Positions 31,722-42,914 are shown, counted from the first letter of the stretch. The stretch is 64,000 nucleotides of DNA from Spirochaetia bacterium (GCA_963662265.2 CAXXHA010000029.1:160954-224953), one strand, 5' to 3'. Notes: generated from the letters alone by a model not told the origin. Translations and numbers: made by a program.

Positions 31722-32076
31722 AAATGAAATAATCAGGAAAATTGCACAGGAAATAGAAGAGCTGAAAGGAACAGATACAGTTGCGATTGATGTATCAAAG
31801 CAGAGCAGCTGGACAAGTTATTTTATAATCTCAACAGTTTCGAGTTCGGCGCATTTGAGGGGTATTTTAAAAGAACTGTATGATAAACTTGAAGAAGCAG
31901 ATCTTTTGCCGATGTCGCGTCATAAGAAAATTGATACAGATAAATGGCTGCTGATTGACTGCGGAGACCTTGTCATACACCTGATGGATAAAGAAGCAAG
32001 GGGTTTTTATGACCTTGAAAAGCTGTGGTATAACGGGGAAGTTATATTCGGTCATGTCGAAAAGAGTGACGAATAA
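31702..32076 (+). CDS. rsfS: Ribosome silencing factor RsfS
   Basis: WLLIDCGDLVIHLM, RGFYDLEKLW; SD AAGGA before ATG 31702. Confidence 0.93.
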   Translation: MEDTVNKNEIIRKIAQEIEELKGTDTVAIDVSKQSSWTSYFIISTVSSSAHLRGILKELYDKLEEADLLPMSRHKKIDTDKWLLIDCGDLVIHLMDKEARGFYDLEKLWYNGEVIFGHVEKSDE

Positions 32077-32104
32077 ACAGCATTATTAAAACTGAAACAG
32101 ATAT

Positions 32105-32136
32105 AATACCGGTTTAAACATGAACCGGTATTTTTT
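32105..32136. terminator. Bidirectional terminator
   Basis: AATACCGGTT...AACCGGTATT followed by a T run, between convergent genes. Confidence 0.8.
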
Positions 32137-32137
32137 A

Positions 32138-32551
32138 TCAGTTATCAAAATCATCATCACGGTTATTGTCCAGATCTATATATTTTTCAGCATTTTCATC
32201 ATCCTGAAAATCAAGATCGGATTCATCATTATCAACAAATACTGAATCATCATCAAAATCATCATCTTCGATGAAATCATCATCAAAATCTTCCTCAAAT
32301 TCAGGATCTTCATCATCGAAATCTTCATCAAGGTCAGAATCCTCATCAAAATCATCATCTTCGAAAGGATCTTCCTGGTCATTTGAATAATCATCAAGAT
32401 CACTGGAATAATCATCAAAATCATCATCAAAATCACTGCTGAACAGCGCATGAAAATACTTTTTTAGATCAGATATATTTAATTTCAGTTCACATGGGAT
32501 AAATTTAAATTTTAAAAGCGATATTTCCTCCTTGTCCGCTGTCAAAATCAT
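32138..32551 (-). CDS. Highly acidic (Asp/Glu/Phe-rich) small protein of unknown function
   Basis: SD GGAGG before ATG 32551, upstream TTGACA at 32641-32646, terminator after the stop. Confidence 0.7.
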   Translation of the reverse strand: MILTADKEEISLLKFKFIPCELKLNISDLKKYFHALFSSDFDDDFDDYSSDLDDYSNDQEDPFEDDDFDEDSDLDEDFDDEDPEFEEDFDDDFIEDDDFDDDSVFVDNDESDLDFQDDENAEKYIDLDNNRDDDFDN

Positions 32552-32854
32552 AAAACCTCCAAAATAATAACTTCTGTAAAGCAAAAAACATAAGATTTAA
32601 TATTTATAATTATCTAAACATAGTTCCACATTGAAGATTATGTCAATTGAATTAAGAAAAAAACATAAAAAAATAATTTTCAGTTGTGCCGCTGAAATTC
32701 CTTTGAAAAAAGAAAAATCAGGGCAATAAAACCTCCAGATAACAATAATCTTTACTGATAATTAATGTTTTTAATATATAAAAAAAAATATTAATTGAAA
32801 TTCTGAGATATTGGTCTATAATTAACAAATATCGTTATTAAACAGAGAAAGTGA

Positions 32855-33757
32855 ATGATCCTTAAAAAAATAGAGTTTGAAAGCTTTGCAAAAATTAATC
32901 TGCACCTCGATATTACAGGAAAACTTGACAATGGATTTCATAAACTGTTTTCTGTGTTCCAGCTGATTGAACTGTCCGACCGTATCAAAATAAGAATTAA
33001 AAGAACTGAAAATACTCCTGACAATGAAAGAATTATCATTAATGGGAATTTTGACTGCAGTACAGAAGATAACCTTATATACAGGATTATAAAAGATTTT
33101 GAAAAAGAGTCCGGTATTCTATTCAGCTATGTTATTGATGTTGAAAAAAATATTCCGGACGGAGGCGGTCTTGGAGGGGGATCCTCTGATGCTGCTTATG
33201 TTTTGTATAATATAAATAAAATAAATGATTTTCCTCTTGATAATAATCAGATTATGAAAATAGCTGAGAAAAACGGAAGTGATATCCCGTTTTTTCTGAA
33301 AGCAGTCACTGCTCTTGTAAAGGGAAGGGGTGAGGAAATATATCCTGTCAAAGCTGATTTGACAGATTTTTTCCTGGTTCTGGTCTGTCCTGATTTTAAA
33401 ATATCAACAAAAGACGCTTATAACTTATTTGACAGCAGAAAAAGTTCAGAATATGAAAGTTTCGAATTAACAGTAAGTGAAATTTCTCAGCTGCTTGAAA
33501 AAGATCCGAAAGAGTGGGGTTTTTTCAACTCTTTCACCCCTGTACTGACTGAAGAGAATAAGGTGTTTGAGGATATTTTCCTGGAATTGAATAATTCCGG
33601 ATGCAGATACTGCAATATTACAGGTTCGGGATCAGCTGTATATGGTATTTTCAGCAGCATAAAAGATGCTGAAAATGCTGTGAATAAATTAAAAAACAAA
33701 TTTCCATTTGTGTGGAATGGAAAAATGCTGGCAGGAAAGCCCTTGCTGGATAAATAA
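32855..33757 (+). CDS. ispE: 4-diphosphocytidyl-2C-methyl-D-erythritol kinase
   Basis: AKINLHL, KNIPDGGGLGGGSSDAA, GSDIPFF, TGSGSA. Confidence 0.95.
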   Translation: MILKKIEFESFAKINLHLDITGKLDNGFHKLFSVFQLIELSDRIKIRIKRTENTPDNERIIINGNFDCSTEDNLIYRIIKDFEKESGILFSYVIDVEKNIPDGGGLGGGSSDAAYVLYNINKINDFPLDNNQIMKIAEKNGSDIPFFLKAVTALVKGRGEEIYPVKADLTDFFLVLVCPDFKISTKDAYNLFDSRKSSEYESFELTVSEISQLLEKDPKEWGFFNSFTPVLTEENKVFEDIFLELNNSGCRYCNITGSGSAVYGIFSSIKDAENAVNKLKNKFPFVWNGKMLAGKPLLDK

Positions 33758-33790
33758 TTTTTTTTGCCATGAAACTTATAGGAGGGTTTA

Positions 33791-34048
33791 ATGGAAATTA
33801 CTGACATCAGGATTAGAAAAGTTGAAGCTGGTGGAAAATTAAAAGCTTATGTCACTGTTACATTTGACAATTGCTTTGTAGTACACAATCTGAAAGTTAT
33901 TGACGGGAAAGGCGGTACTTTTATAGCAATGCCAAGCAGAAAAACAAAAACAGGGGAATACAAGGATGTCGCTCATCCAATAATTCCAGACTTCAGATCA
34001 CAATTGCAGGATAAAATCCTGGATGAATTTAACAGACAGGAAATATAA
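33791..34048 (+). CDS. spoVG: SpoVG nucleic-acid-binding regulator
   Basis: [25 protein letters not shown]. Confidence 0.96.
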   Translation: MEITDIRIRKVEAGGKLKAYVTVTFDNCFVVHNLKVIDGKGGTFIAMPSRKTKTGEYKDVAHPIIPDFRSQLQDKILDEFNRQEI

Positions 34049-34207
34049 CTGTTTGAGAGAATAGACAGGGGCTGGATAAATACAGTAAAAAATGTATAAT
34101 CAGTTATATGATGAATATTCAGGAGTTTGAATACTTCTGAATCATTAAAAAACTGTGGTGTTTGCATGGCAGCTGTAGTCTCTGTCTAGTACTAAAGGTT
34201 ATAAACA

Positions 34208-34242
34208 TTTATGTATAAAGAAAATATTTCTTTATACATAAA
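34208..34242. repeat. Perfect 16-bp inverted repeat
   Basis: TTTATGTATAAAGAAA-ATA-TTTCTTTATACATAAA. Confidence 0.85.
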
Positions 34243-34367
34243 AACTGTTTAATCCTGTCTTATCAGCTGAAAGCAGTTTTATATTGCAATATCAATGCCA
34301 AAAACTGATAAATAAAATCTCATACACTATAGAAAAAATATTTACAATATAGTAATATGTCCAAAAT

Positions 34368-34439
34368 TGGGACGTCGGCAAGTGGTAAGCCAACGGGTTT
34401 TGGTCCCGTCATTCGCAGGTTCGAATCCTGCCGTCCCAG
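34368..34439 (+). tRNA. tRNA-Gln (anticodon TTG)
   Basis: TGGGACG/CGTCCCA acceptor stem, ACGGG-TTTTGGT-CCCGT anticodon arm, GGTTCGAATCC. Confidence 0.96.
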
Positions 34440-34513
34440 ATATGGATAGCAGGTTGGTCCTGTCGTTATCTATTATTGGAAAAACCAGTATAAATTAGGA
34501 GAAGGAGTTTCTT

Positions 34514-35134
34514 ATGGAAGCTAATACTTTGACAGTGAAAAGAAGAGATGAACTGAAAAAGACTGTTACAAAAAGATTGAGAAAAGAGGGTCAGATACCA
34601 GCTGTTGTTTACGGACACAAGGAACCGATATCCATTTCTGTAAATGAAAGAGAATTCAATAAAAAATTTCATTCTGTATCTGAAAATACAATTATTACAC
34701 TTATTGAAGATGGAAAAGAAATAGCAGATGTTCTTGTTAAGGATTATCAGGAAGATATTACAAGAGAACAGATCACACACCTTGATTTCTTTGAAGTAGA
34801 AAGAGGCAAGAAGCTTAAAGCAAAAATTCCTGTAGCTATAGAAGGATCTTCAGCAGGTGTTAAGCTGGGCGGTGTTCTTGAGCAGATGATCCATGAAATG
34901 AATGTTGAATGTCTTCCAAAAGATATTCCTGCAAAAATCATCGTAAATGTTGATGCTCTCAATATCGGAGATTCAATTCATGTAAGCGATATTGAAGATA
35001 TTGAAGGGGTTAAATTCCTCGAATCTGAAGACCAGATTGTAGTTCATGTAGTACATACAAGAGCTATTGAAGCAGAAGTTACTGAAGAAGAAGCTGAAGA
35101 AGAAGTTGAAGCAGAAGCTGAAAGCGGAGAATAA
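34514..35134 (+). CDS. rplY: 50S ribosomal protein L25/Ctc
   Basis: LRKEGQIPAVVYG, HLDF, GVKLGGVL. Confidence 0.95.
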   Translation: MEANTLTVKRRDELKKTVTKRLRKEGQIPAVVYGHKEPISISVNEREFNKKFHSVSENTIITLIEDGKEIADVLVKDYQEDITREQITHLDFFEVERGKKLKAKIPVAIEGSSAGVKLGGVLEQMIHEMNVECLPKDIPAKIIVNVDALNIGDSIHVSDIEDIEGVKFLESEDQIVVHVVHTRAIEAEVTEEEAEEEVEAEAESGE

Positions 35135-35142
35135 TTCTGTCT

Positions 35143-35733
35143 TTGATGATAATCGGACTCGGAAATCCGGGTGATAAATATAAAAACACCAGACATAATG
35201 CCGGTTTTATTACAGTTGAAAAAATAGCAGCTGAAACCGGCATTGCTTTTCGAAAGCCGTTTTTCAGAAAATATCTTATAGCAGAAGGGGTTTACAGGAA
35301 TACTGACATTATTCTTGTGAAACCCCTGAATTATATGAACAGGTCGGGAACTGTAATAGCTGATCTGATGAGTAAATATAATGTTGCTGCAGAAAATATC
35401 ATTTTGATATGTGATAACATGGACCTGTACCCCGGAGTAATAAGACTAAAACAGCGGGGGGGGGATGCCGGGCATAACGGAATAAAATCTGTTATCAGCT
35501 GTATCGGGACTTCAGAATTCAAAAGAATATATATTGGAATAGGCCGTCCGAAAAATAGCAGCAGTATTGTTGAACATGTACTGGGTGTTCCTGATCAGAA
35601 TGATCTGGAAAAAATATACAGGGCTGCTGAAACAGCAGCAGAAAATATTCTAAAACTGACGGTAAATCCTGCTGAGAAGGTAATGAATGAAATCAACAGA
35701 ATCAAAAACACTCAGGATAATATCTGCTGTTGA
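35143..35733 (+). CDS. pth: Peptidyl-tRNA hydrolase
   Basis: GLGNPG, TRHNAGF, YMNRSG, GHNGIKS. Confidence 0.95.
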   Translation: MMIIGLGNPGDKYKNTRHNAGFITVEKIAAETGIAFRKPFFRKYLIAEGVYRNTDIILVKPLNYMNRSGTVIADLMSKYNVAAENIILICDNMDLYPGVIRLKQRGGDAGHNGIKSVISCIGTSEFKRIYIGIGRPKNSSSIVEHVLGVPDQNDLEKIYRAAETAAENILKLTVNPAEKVMNEINRIKNTQDNICC

Positions 35734-37096
35734 AAATTACCTGTCTGCAGAGCTGGACAAGAAAATAAAATCAAAAATACTTATTGCATTCTCATCAGGA
35801 CCTGATTCCACCGTACTTCTGGATGTTCTTTCCAGGATTAAAGAAAACTATAATTTAGAGATTATTTGTGCCTATTATAACCACCGGCTGAGAGAAAGTG
35901 ATGAAATCGGCCGTGAGCTTGAAATTGCTGAAAACAACTGCAGAAAAAGGGGAGTTGAGCTTTTTACCGGTTCTGATGATGGCAGCATTCAGAAAGAAAT
36001 ACAGGCTCTGGGGATTGAAGGGGCAGCAAGGAAGTACAGATACAGGTTTCTTGACAAAGTATTTAATGAGGAAAACTGCGATTTTATTGCTTCCGGCCAT
36101 AATCTGGATGACCAGATAGAAACAGTTGTGATGCGGCTTTTTAAAGGGAGCGGAGCTTCCGGGCTGAAAGGGATACCAGGAAGGAATAATGAAATCATAA
36201 GGCCGCTCATATATGTATCGAAAAAAGATATAATGGAATATATAAAAGAAAACAGTCTCACATATTCTGTCGACAGCACAAATAATGAAGAGCTTTATCT
36301 CAGAAACAGGATAAGAAAACAGCTGCTTCCCCTGTCTTCAGAAATATTTCCCGGTTTTGAAAAATCAGTAATAACACTGTCAGAAAAAATGGATATGACT
36401 GAGAAATATATCAGGTCTGAGACAGCAGAGAAAATTAAATGGACTTCTGTCGAAGATGGATATATGACTGATTTTAATTTATTTTTCGAAGCTCCTGAAA
36501 TACTTCAGCTTGAATCACTTTACAGCACTGCTGATATGCTTCTTGGAAATGAGACTATCAGAATACCCTACAGCTTTTTCAAATCTGTACTTAAAAAAAG
36601 AAATACAGAAAACAGTACATGTTACCTTGACGGATACGGATTAAAGCTGTTCAGGACAGGAAGAAAGCTGTATTTCTGCAGAATCATTACAACAGGTGAG
36701 CAAAAATATATTACAGTTGATACTGATAATAAAAAAAGCATTTACCCTATCAATAAAAATAGATATATTTGTATAGAAGAAAAGCAGCTTGCCGACTGTA
36801 CGGAAAAGGATTTATGGATTGATCCCGAAGGCATAGAAGGTAAACTGTTTATAAGGTTCAGGGAAGATGGTGACAGGATATCTCTGAATTGCGGTACAAA
36901 AAAAATTAAAAAACTGTTTACAGATATGGGTATCAGGCGAGATCTAAAAGACAGGATTCCGCTGATATGTGATGACAGTGGAATTATTGCGGTCATGGGG
37001 TCTTTCTACGGATACCGGGACCGGATAGCGGAAAAAATATACATAGATAATAATATTAACAGGAAAGTCATAATTTTCAGAATAAGGCAGGTATAA
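35687..37096 (+). CDS. tilS: tRNA(Ile)-lysidine synthetase
   Basis: SSGPDS, ARKYRY, GHNLDDQIET, DSTN, RNRIR. Confidence 0.95.
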   Translation: MKSTESKTLRIISAVENYLSAELDKKIKSKILIAFSSGPDSTVLLDVLSRIKENYNLEIICAYYNHRLRESDEIGRELEIAENNCRKRGVELFTGSDDGSIQKEIQALGIEGAARKYRYRFLDKVFNEENCDFIASGHNLDDQIETVVMRLFKGSGASGLKGIPGRNNEIIRPLIYVSKKDIMEYIKENSLTYSVDSTNNEELYLRNRIRKQLLPLSSEIFPGFEKSVITLSEKMDMTEKYIRSETAEKIKWTSVEDGYMTDFNLFFEAPEILQLESLYSTADMLLGNETIRIPYSFFKSVLKKRNTENSTCYLDGYGLKLFRTGRKLYFCRIITTGEQKYITVDTDNKKSIYPINKNRYICIEEKQLADCTEKDLWIDPEGIEGKLFIRFREDGDRISLNCGTKKIKKLFTDMGIRRDLKDRIPLICDDSGIIAVMGSFYGYRDRIAEKIYIDNNINRKVIIFRIRQV

Positions 37097-39154
37097 ATGG
37101 ATAATAACGAACCGGGAAGAAAAGAGGGGAATAAGCCAGGCAGTGAACATGGCAGCCGAAAAGATAATAAAGACCCCAAAGGCCCGATGAAATATAATTT
37201 CGGCAACAACAGATTTGCATTATTTTTTCTGATTACTCTTATAATAATGTTTCTGGTTATGTTTGTTTTTAATGACAACAATAATACTACAGAAATATCT
37301 TATACATCATTTATGAATTATGTAGATGAAAACAAGATAGAAAGTGTCAAGATATTTGATAATCAGGAAATTCAGGGCAACATGAAAAACGGTACCGGCA
37401 GGGTTATCCCTTTTAAAACAAGGATACCTTACTATGATGATAACCTTCTGATTAATCTCGAAGAAAAAGGTATAAAGGTAACAGGGGCTGTAAAAAATGT
37501 TTCGACCTACAGAATCCTTGTAGATCTTATTCCATGGATAATAGGGTTCGGTTTTATCTGGTTCATGCTCAGACAGATGCAGGGCGGCGGCAACAAGGCC
37601 CTCAGCTTCGGAAAGAGCAAGGCTAAAAGATATCTTGATACAGATAAGAAAATTACTTTTGCCGATGTTGCCGGACAGGAAGAGGCAAAATACGAACTAA
37701 CAGAAGTTGTGGACTTTCTGAAAAATCCGCATAAATTTACAAAAATAGGTGCGAAAATACCGAAAGGCGTACTGCTTGTGGGAATGCCTGGTACAGGTAA
37801 GACTCTCATGGCTAAGGCTATTGCGGGAGAGGCCGAAGTACCATATTTTCATATGTCAGGTTCAGACTTTGTAGAGATGTTTGTAGGTGTCGGTGCAAGC
37901 CGCGTAAGAGATCTTTTTGAACAGGGAAGGAAAAATGCTCCATGTATTCTCTTTATTGATGAGCTTGATGCTGTAGGCCGGACAAGAGGCGCAGGATACG
38001 GCGGCGGACATGATGAAAGAGAACAGACATTAAATCAGATGCTTGTTGAAATGGACGGGTTTGATACACAGTCAGGTGTAATTATGCTTGCGGCAACAAA
38101 CCGGCCAGATGTTCTTGATCCGGCTCTTTTAAGACCTGGAAGGTTTGACAGGCAGGTTGTTGTCGATATGCCTGATATCAAGGAAAGAGAGGAAATCTTA
38201 AAAATAAGCGCAAGAAAAATTCCTGTTGCTTCGGATGTTGATTTCCATAAGGTTGCAAGAGCGACTCCGGGAAGTTCAGGAGCTGATATTGCAAACCTTG
38301 TAAATGAAGCTGCTCTTTTTGCAGCAAGGAAAGACAAGACAGAAGTAGGTATGCATGACTTTGAAGAGGCCCGTGACAAGCTTCTTCTGGGTATTGCCAG
38401 AAAATCAAGAGTTATTTCACCTGAGGAAAAGAAGGCTACAGCCTATCATGAAGCAGGACATGCTCTTCTTCATTATTATCTTGATCATGCCGATCCTCTG
38501 CACAAGGTTACAATTATCCCGAGAGGAAGAGCTCTCGGAATGGCGCTGTCACTACCGGAAAAAGAGATATATTCAAGAAACAGGCTGTGGCTGACAGACA
38601 GGATAAAGATAGCTCTGGGCGGCTATGTTGCGGAAACTCTTGTTTTCAGCAACACAACAACTGGTACACAGAATGACCTGAAACAAGCTACCGGAATAGC
38701 AAGGAAAATGGTCTGTGAATGGGGTATGAGCAGTAAAATAGGACCTATATCACTCGGATCTGAGGAAGAGCCTATATTTATCGGAAAGGAAATTGCACAG
38801 CACAAGGATTATTCTGATGAAACAGCAAGAATAATCGATGAAGAAGTAAAAATAATAATTGAAGACTGTCTTGCAGAAGTTACAGACATTCTTACAAAGA
38901 ACCGTGATAAACTTGATACTCTCACTGAAAAGCTTGTTGAATTTGAAACACTTGATGATGCAGAGATAAGGGATTTTCTCGGTTTTGAAAAAAAAGAAAA
39001 GTTAACAGATTTTACAGTTGATGATAAAATATCTCTAGATGAAAAACCATCATCTGAAAATGAGGCTGAAGAAACTGTAATAAAGGAAGAAGCAGCTGAA
39101 GATAAAGATGATGAAAAAGAAAAAAGGGATGAAGATAAGGATATTAACGAATAA
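37097..39154 (+). CDS. ftsH: ATP-dependent zinc metalloprotease FtsH
   Basis: Two TM helices, [22 protein letters not shown]. Confidence 0.97.
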   Translation: MDNNEPGRKEGNKPGSEHGSRKDNKDPKGPMKYNFGNNRFALFFLITLIIMFLVMFVFNDNNNTTEISYTSFMNYVDENKIESVKIFDNQEIQGNMKNGTGRVIPFKTRIPYYDDNLLINLEEKGIKVTGAVKNVSTYRILVDLIPWIIGFGFIWFMLRQMQGGGNKALSFGKSKAKRYLDTDKKITFADVAGQEEAKYELTEVVDFLKNPHKFTKIGAKIPKGVLLVGMPGTGKTLMAKAIAGEAEVPYFHMSGSDFVEMFVGVGASRVRDLFEQGRKNAPCILFIDELDAVGRTRGAGYGGGHDEREQTLNQMLVEMDGFDTQSGVIMLAATNRPDVLDPALLRPGRFDRQVVVDMPDIKEREEILKISARKIPVASDVDFHKVARATPGSSGADIANLVNEAALFAARKDKTEVGMHDFEEARDKLLLGIARKSRVISPEEKKATAYHEAGHALLHYYLDHADPLHKVTIIPRGRALGMALSLPEKEIYSRNRLWLTDRIKIALGGYVAETLVFSNTTTGTQNDLKQATGIARKMVCEWGMSSKIGPISLGSEEEPIFIGKEIAQHKDYSDETARIIDEEVKIIIEDCLAEVTDILTKNRDKLDTLTEKLVEFETLDDAEIRDFLGFEKKEKLTDFTVDDKISLDEKPSSENEAEETVIKEEAAEDKDDEKEKRDEDKDINE

Positions 39155-40964
39155 AAAAATATTGACGGCACTGCTGATTATTACAGTCTGCAGTGCTGTA
39201 TTTTCTCAGGAAGAAAAAAAAATAGCTGATCTGTATTTGAAGACATCTGAAAGTTTTTATGACAGTAATGATATTACACAGGCAGAGGTTTTTTTAAATA
39301 AATCTCTGCTTTATTATAAAGACTCATCTGATGCTTATTATCTTAAAAGTCTTATTGCAGAAAAGAAATCAGAAAATAAAGAAACAATTATCAATAGTCT
39401 CAAGAAAGCTCTTATTCTGAGAAACTGGAATCTTTTCAGGGAAGAAGATGCTTTTTTCTACCTTGGAAAGATGTACACTTCTATAAAGGAATACAAAAAG
39501 GCAGTTTCAACCCTGTATGTTATAGAAGGGGATAAAATTGATGATGAGGATTATCTTGATTCATATACAGATTCTCTGCTTAACAGCGGTATGTTTGTTA
39601 CTGCATCACAGATACTGAATACAGCGGTTGATAAATTTCCCGATAATGTGAAATTAAAAAAGAAGCTGATTAATTCTGATTCAGATTATTATGACAGCCT
39701 TCTTATAAAAATACTGGATAAAAATGAGGTTTATGATTTCGAACCTGAAGTAATACTTGAAGTTCTGAAAAACACCGATGATGATGGTGTAAAAAGGGAG
39801 CTTCTTGAAAAAATCAGCAGTTTTTCGACAGAATATCCAGAAATAATAACTGAAAAAATAAAGATTGAAAAAAATGCTGAAAAAGAGGATATAGAAAAAT
39901 TTTTCAGAAATAAAGGTTATGAAAACCTGAAGATGCTCAGGGAATTCAGAAATGTGCTGAATACAGATGAGGTGATAGAGCTTTTCAATGATAAAATAAA
40001 TCATTTGAGTACTGTAATATATGATGATGTAAATAATGACAGTATAAATGAAATTGTATTCCGAATTGAAAACGGGGTAATGGTCTGGTACAGGGAAGAT
40101 CTGAATCAGGATGGTTTAAACGATTTCTATATATATTACAGCGACGGCGATATTGAAACTATAGAATATAATGAAAAATATCTTGTCAAATATGTAAACT
40201 ATCCGCTTCTTGAAAATATAATAATCACAGGCAGAAATATTGATATATATGATTTTTCAAACAGAAATACAATTTTTGATATTACCGAAACAGAAGAATT
40301 CCTGAATATACCTGAAATATACAGAGATTTCAAAAACAGGGTGGAAAAAATACTTCCCAGAGCTTCAATGCATCAGAATAATAATTCTGAAAAAAATCTC
40401 AGAATTCTTGAGTACATGAAAAACAGGAGAGTCAAGCTCTATACAGAGATAAGGGATGACAGGACAGTTGCGGAAGGCATAATTAAGGATGGAAACTACA
40501 AGTATATAAACCGTGATTATAATGATGGCAGCAGTTTTGAAACAAAAGAGATCTATAAAAACGGTAAACTTGAATCTGTGCTTTATGACGGAGACGGAGA
40601 CGGTATATTTGAAATAAAGATAGAGCAGAACTGTAGATACTGGGATTACAACAAAGACGGTATTTATGAAAGTTATGAAAAAAATGAAGGAGATGCTGTT
40701 TTCAGGGGATTTTCTACTGAATATAACGGAATATATGATGTAGAGGAAAAAAGCATAAACGGCAGGATTGTTTCTGTCAGAAAAAATGATAAATGGTTCA
40801 ATGTTAACTTTGATAAAAAGAATAAATTATTCTGGATCGGAGATAGGCCGGATAACATTAAAATAACAGAAAGTTTAAAGGAAAACACTTATATGAACAT
40901 TGACAACAGGATGATATATGTTTTTAAAATTGCAGATAACTATTATGCTGAGGTAATTAATTGA
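39129..40964 (+). CDS. Exported TPR protein with C-terminal DxNxDG repeats
   Basis: Signal peptide, TPR-like helices, DLNQDG, DGDGDG, DYNKDG. Confidence 0.65.
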   Translation: MKIRILTNKKILTALLIITVCSAVFSQEEKKIADLYLKTSESFYDSNDITQAEVFLNKSLLYYKDSSDAYYLKSLIAEKKSENKETIINSLKKALILRNWNLFREEDAFFYLGKMYTSIKEYKKAVSTLYVIEGDKIDDEDYLDSYTDSLLNSGMFVTASQILNTAVDKFPDNVKLKKKLINSDSDYYDSLLIKILDKNEVYDFEPEVILEVLKNTDDDGVKRELLEKISSFSTEYPEIITEKIKIEKNAEKEDIEKFFRNKGYENLKMLREFRNVLNTDEVIELFNDKINHLSTVIYDDVNNDSINEIVFRIENGVMVWYREDLNQDGLNDFYIYYSDGDIETIEYNEKYLVKYVNYPLLENIIITGRNIDIYDFSNRNTIFDITETEEFLNIPEIYRDFKNRVEKILPRASMHQNNNSEKNLRILEYMKNRRVKLYTEIRDDRTVAEGIIKDGNYKYINRDYNDGSSFETKEIYKNGKLESVLYDGDGDGIFEIKIEQNCRYWDYNKDGIYESYEKNEGDAVFRGFSTEYNGIYDVEEKSINGRIVSVRKNDKWFNVNFDKKNKLFWIGDRPDNIKITESLKENTYMNIDNRMIYVFKIADNYYAEVIN

Positions 40965-42751
40965 AACTGAAAATATTTTTAACTGCTGTTGTTGCTGTTA
41001 CACTGTTCAGCTGTTCAACTGCGAAAAATTCCTACAGGGAAGAGCAGATAATAGATATAAAATCTTTTGAAGCCAGATATGAAAGTATTGAAGAGGATGA
41101 AAGATCGTTCTCCCAGCTGCAGATGATTATTGCTGAAGAGAAAAAAGGCAATATCGAAAAAAAATATCTCTATGAAAAGAAAAATGAGATATTAAGAAAA
41201 ATTAAAAATGAAATTGATGAGAAATTAAAGGAAGAAGATTATCTGTTTGCAGCAAACAGTATTGAGTCGCTTAAGACTGCCGGCTGCTATGATGATAAAA
41301 TATTCAGTTATGAAGAATCAGACAGCTATCTGATTAAATATATAGAAAAAGAATATTCAGATGACAACTATGTAACAGCTTTTTACCAGCTGCTGAAATA
41401 TATAAATGAAATAAATAATGTTGATAACAATATTATAAAAAAGTATGCGCAGAAAGCTTACGAAGAAAAGAACAGATTTGTTTTGGCAAAACTGTCTTCT
41501 GCTGTCGAAGAAAAGGATAAGGATACAGAAGAAAAATACAGAAAATATCTCGATAAAAAAGAAAGCACATCAGAGATGATGACAGGTACTGTTACAATCT
41601 GGGTCAACAAGGGGATAAAAGTCGACAGGGGAGTCGGAACACCCGACAGATCTATCGGAAGTGGGTTTTTCATCGATAAGAGAGGATATCTTCTGACTAA
41701 TTACCATGTAATTGAAAGCGAAGTAAACCCCGAGTATGAAGGTTATTCAAGACTTTATATCAAGCTTTCAGATTATGCCGGAACAAAAATACCTGCAAAA
41801 GTAATCGGGTGGGATCCTGTATTTGATGTTGCACTGCTTAAAACAGAAATGAAGACTGAATATGTTTTCAGCATAAACAGTGATACAGATTACAGGCCTG
41901 GTGAAAATATATTTGCCATAGGTTCTCCGGGAGGACTTGATAATACAATAACATCAGGTATTATTTCTGCTGCAGGAAGAAGATTTCTGCCTATAGGTGA
42001 TTCTCTGCAGGTTGATGTTCCGATAAATCCCGGTAACTCGGGCGGGCCTCTCATAAACAGCAGTGGAGAAACCATAGGAATTGTATTTGCCGGTATAGAA
42101 CAGTTTGAAGGGATAAATTTCGCAATACCTTCCCACTGGGTTGTTGATTTTCTTCCGGAACTATACAGGGGAGGAGAAGTCCACCATTCATGGCTCGGGA
42201 TGAGCATGTATGAAAAAAACAATACCCTTGAAGTGCTGTACCCGATACCGGGGGAATCCGCATCTCTTGCCGGGCTGCAGAAAGGGGATATTCTCAAGTC
42301 AATAAACGGAATCAATTCCGAAACAATAGTCCAGGTCCAGAAGCAGCTGCTTTCCTATTCTCCGCAGAGAATAGTCAAAGTTGTCTATGAGAGAGACGGA
42401 ATCGAGCATGAAGATGTTATTGCACTTGGAAAACGTCCTCACAAGGCTTTTGATATTGCAATAAAAAAAGACAGCATGAAAAATGTGATTCTTCCGCTTT
42501 TCGGAATGGATCTTGAAAGTACAGGAAACTATATGTTCAAGGAAGGGTATTCTGTAAGGAAAGTCTATGACGGTTCAGCAGCTGCTGAAACAGGTATATC
42601 TGTAAATGATCCTCTTACAATAAAAGCCTGGAAATATGATCTGAAAAAGAGGTATGCACTTCTAAGAATATTTATTAAAAAGAGAAAAGCCGGATTTATG
42701 GAATCCGGAGTGCAGCTGATAACTTCTCTAGATTCAAATAATCTGATATAA
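40961..42751 (+). CDS. HtrA/DegP-like (S1C) serine protease lipoprotein with PDZ domains
   Basis: Lipobox LFSC, GSGFF, TNYHV, DVALLK, GNSGGP, PDZ. Confidence 0.9.
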   Translation: MKLKIFLTAVVAVTLFSCSTAKNSYREEQIIDIKSFEARYESIEEDERSFSQLQMIIAEEKKGNIEKKYLYEKKNEILRKIKNEIDEKLKEEDYLFAANSIESLKTAGCYDDKIFSYEESDSYLIKYIEKEYSDDNYVTAFYQLLKYINEINNVDNNIIKKYAQKAYEEKNRFVLAKLSSAVEEKDKDTEEKYRKYLDKKESTSEMMTGTVTIWVNKGIKVDRGVGTPDRSIGSGFFIDKRGYLLTNYHVIESEVNPEYEGYSRLYIKLSDYAGTKIPAKVIGWDPVFDVALLKTEMKTEYVFSINSDTDYRPGENIFAIGSPGGLDNTITSGIISAAGRRFLPIGDSLQVDVPINPGNSGGPLINSSGETIGIVFAGIEQFEGINFAIPSHWVVDFLPELYRGGEVHHSWLGMSMYEKNNTLEVLYPIPGESASLAGLQKGDILKSINGINSETIVQVQKQLLSYSPQRIVKVVYERDGIEHEDVIALGKRPHKAFDIAIKKDSMKNVILPLFGMDLESTGNYMFKEGYSVRKVYDGSAAAETGISVNDPLTIKAWKYDLKKRYALLRIFIKKRKAGFMESGVQLITSLDSNNLI

Positions 42752-42914
42752 CTATATAAACAGGCATTTTTTAATCTCATTAAAAATACTGCTTAAAGAG
42801 TTTATAGGATTGCGGGCTCAATGCCTGCGGAAAAATACAAAATTATTAAAAATATACTCATAAAGAATTATCAGAAATTGAGTTGAATAAAATATAAATT
42901 ATCTAAGGGATGAA

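Noticed and set aside
32150-32440. ATCATCATCAAA repeats as a CRISPR array or satellite; 91-aa Met/Ile-rich alternative ORF
   Set aside because: Explained by GAT/TTT codons of the Asp/Phe-rich protein; there is no repeat-spacer structure.
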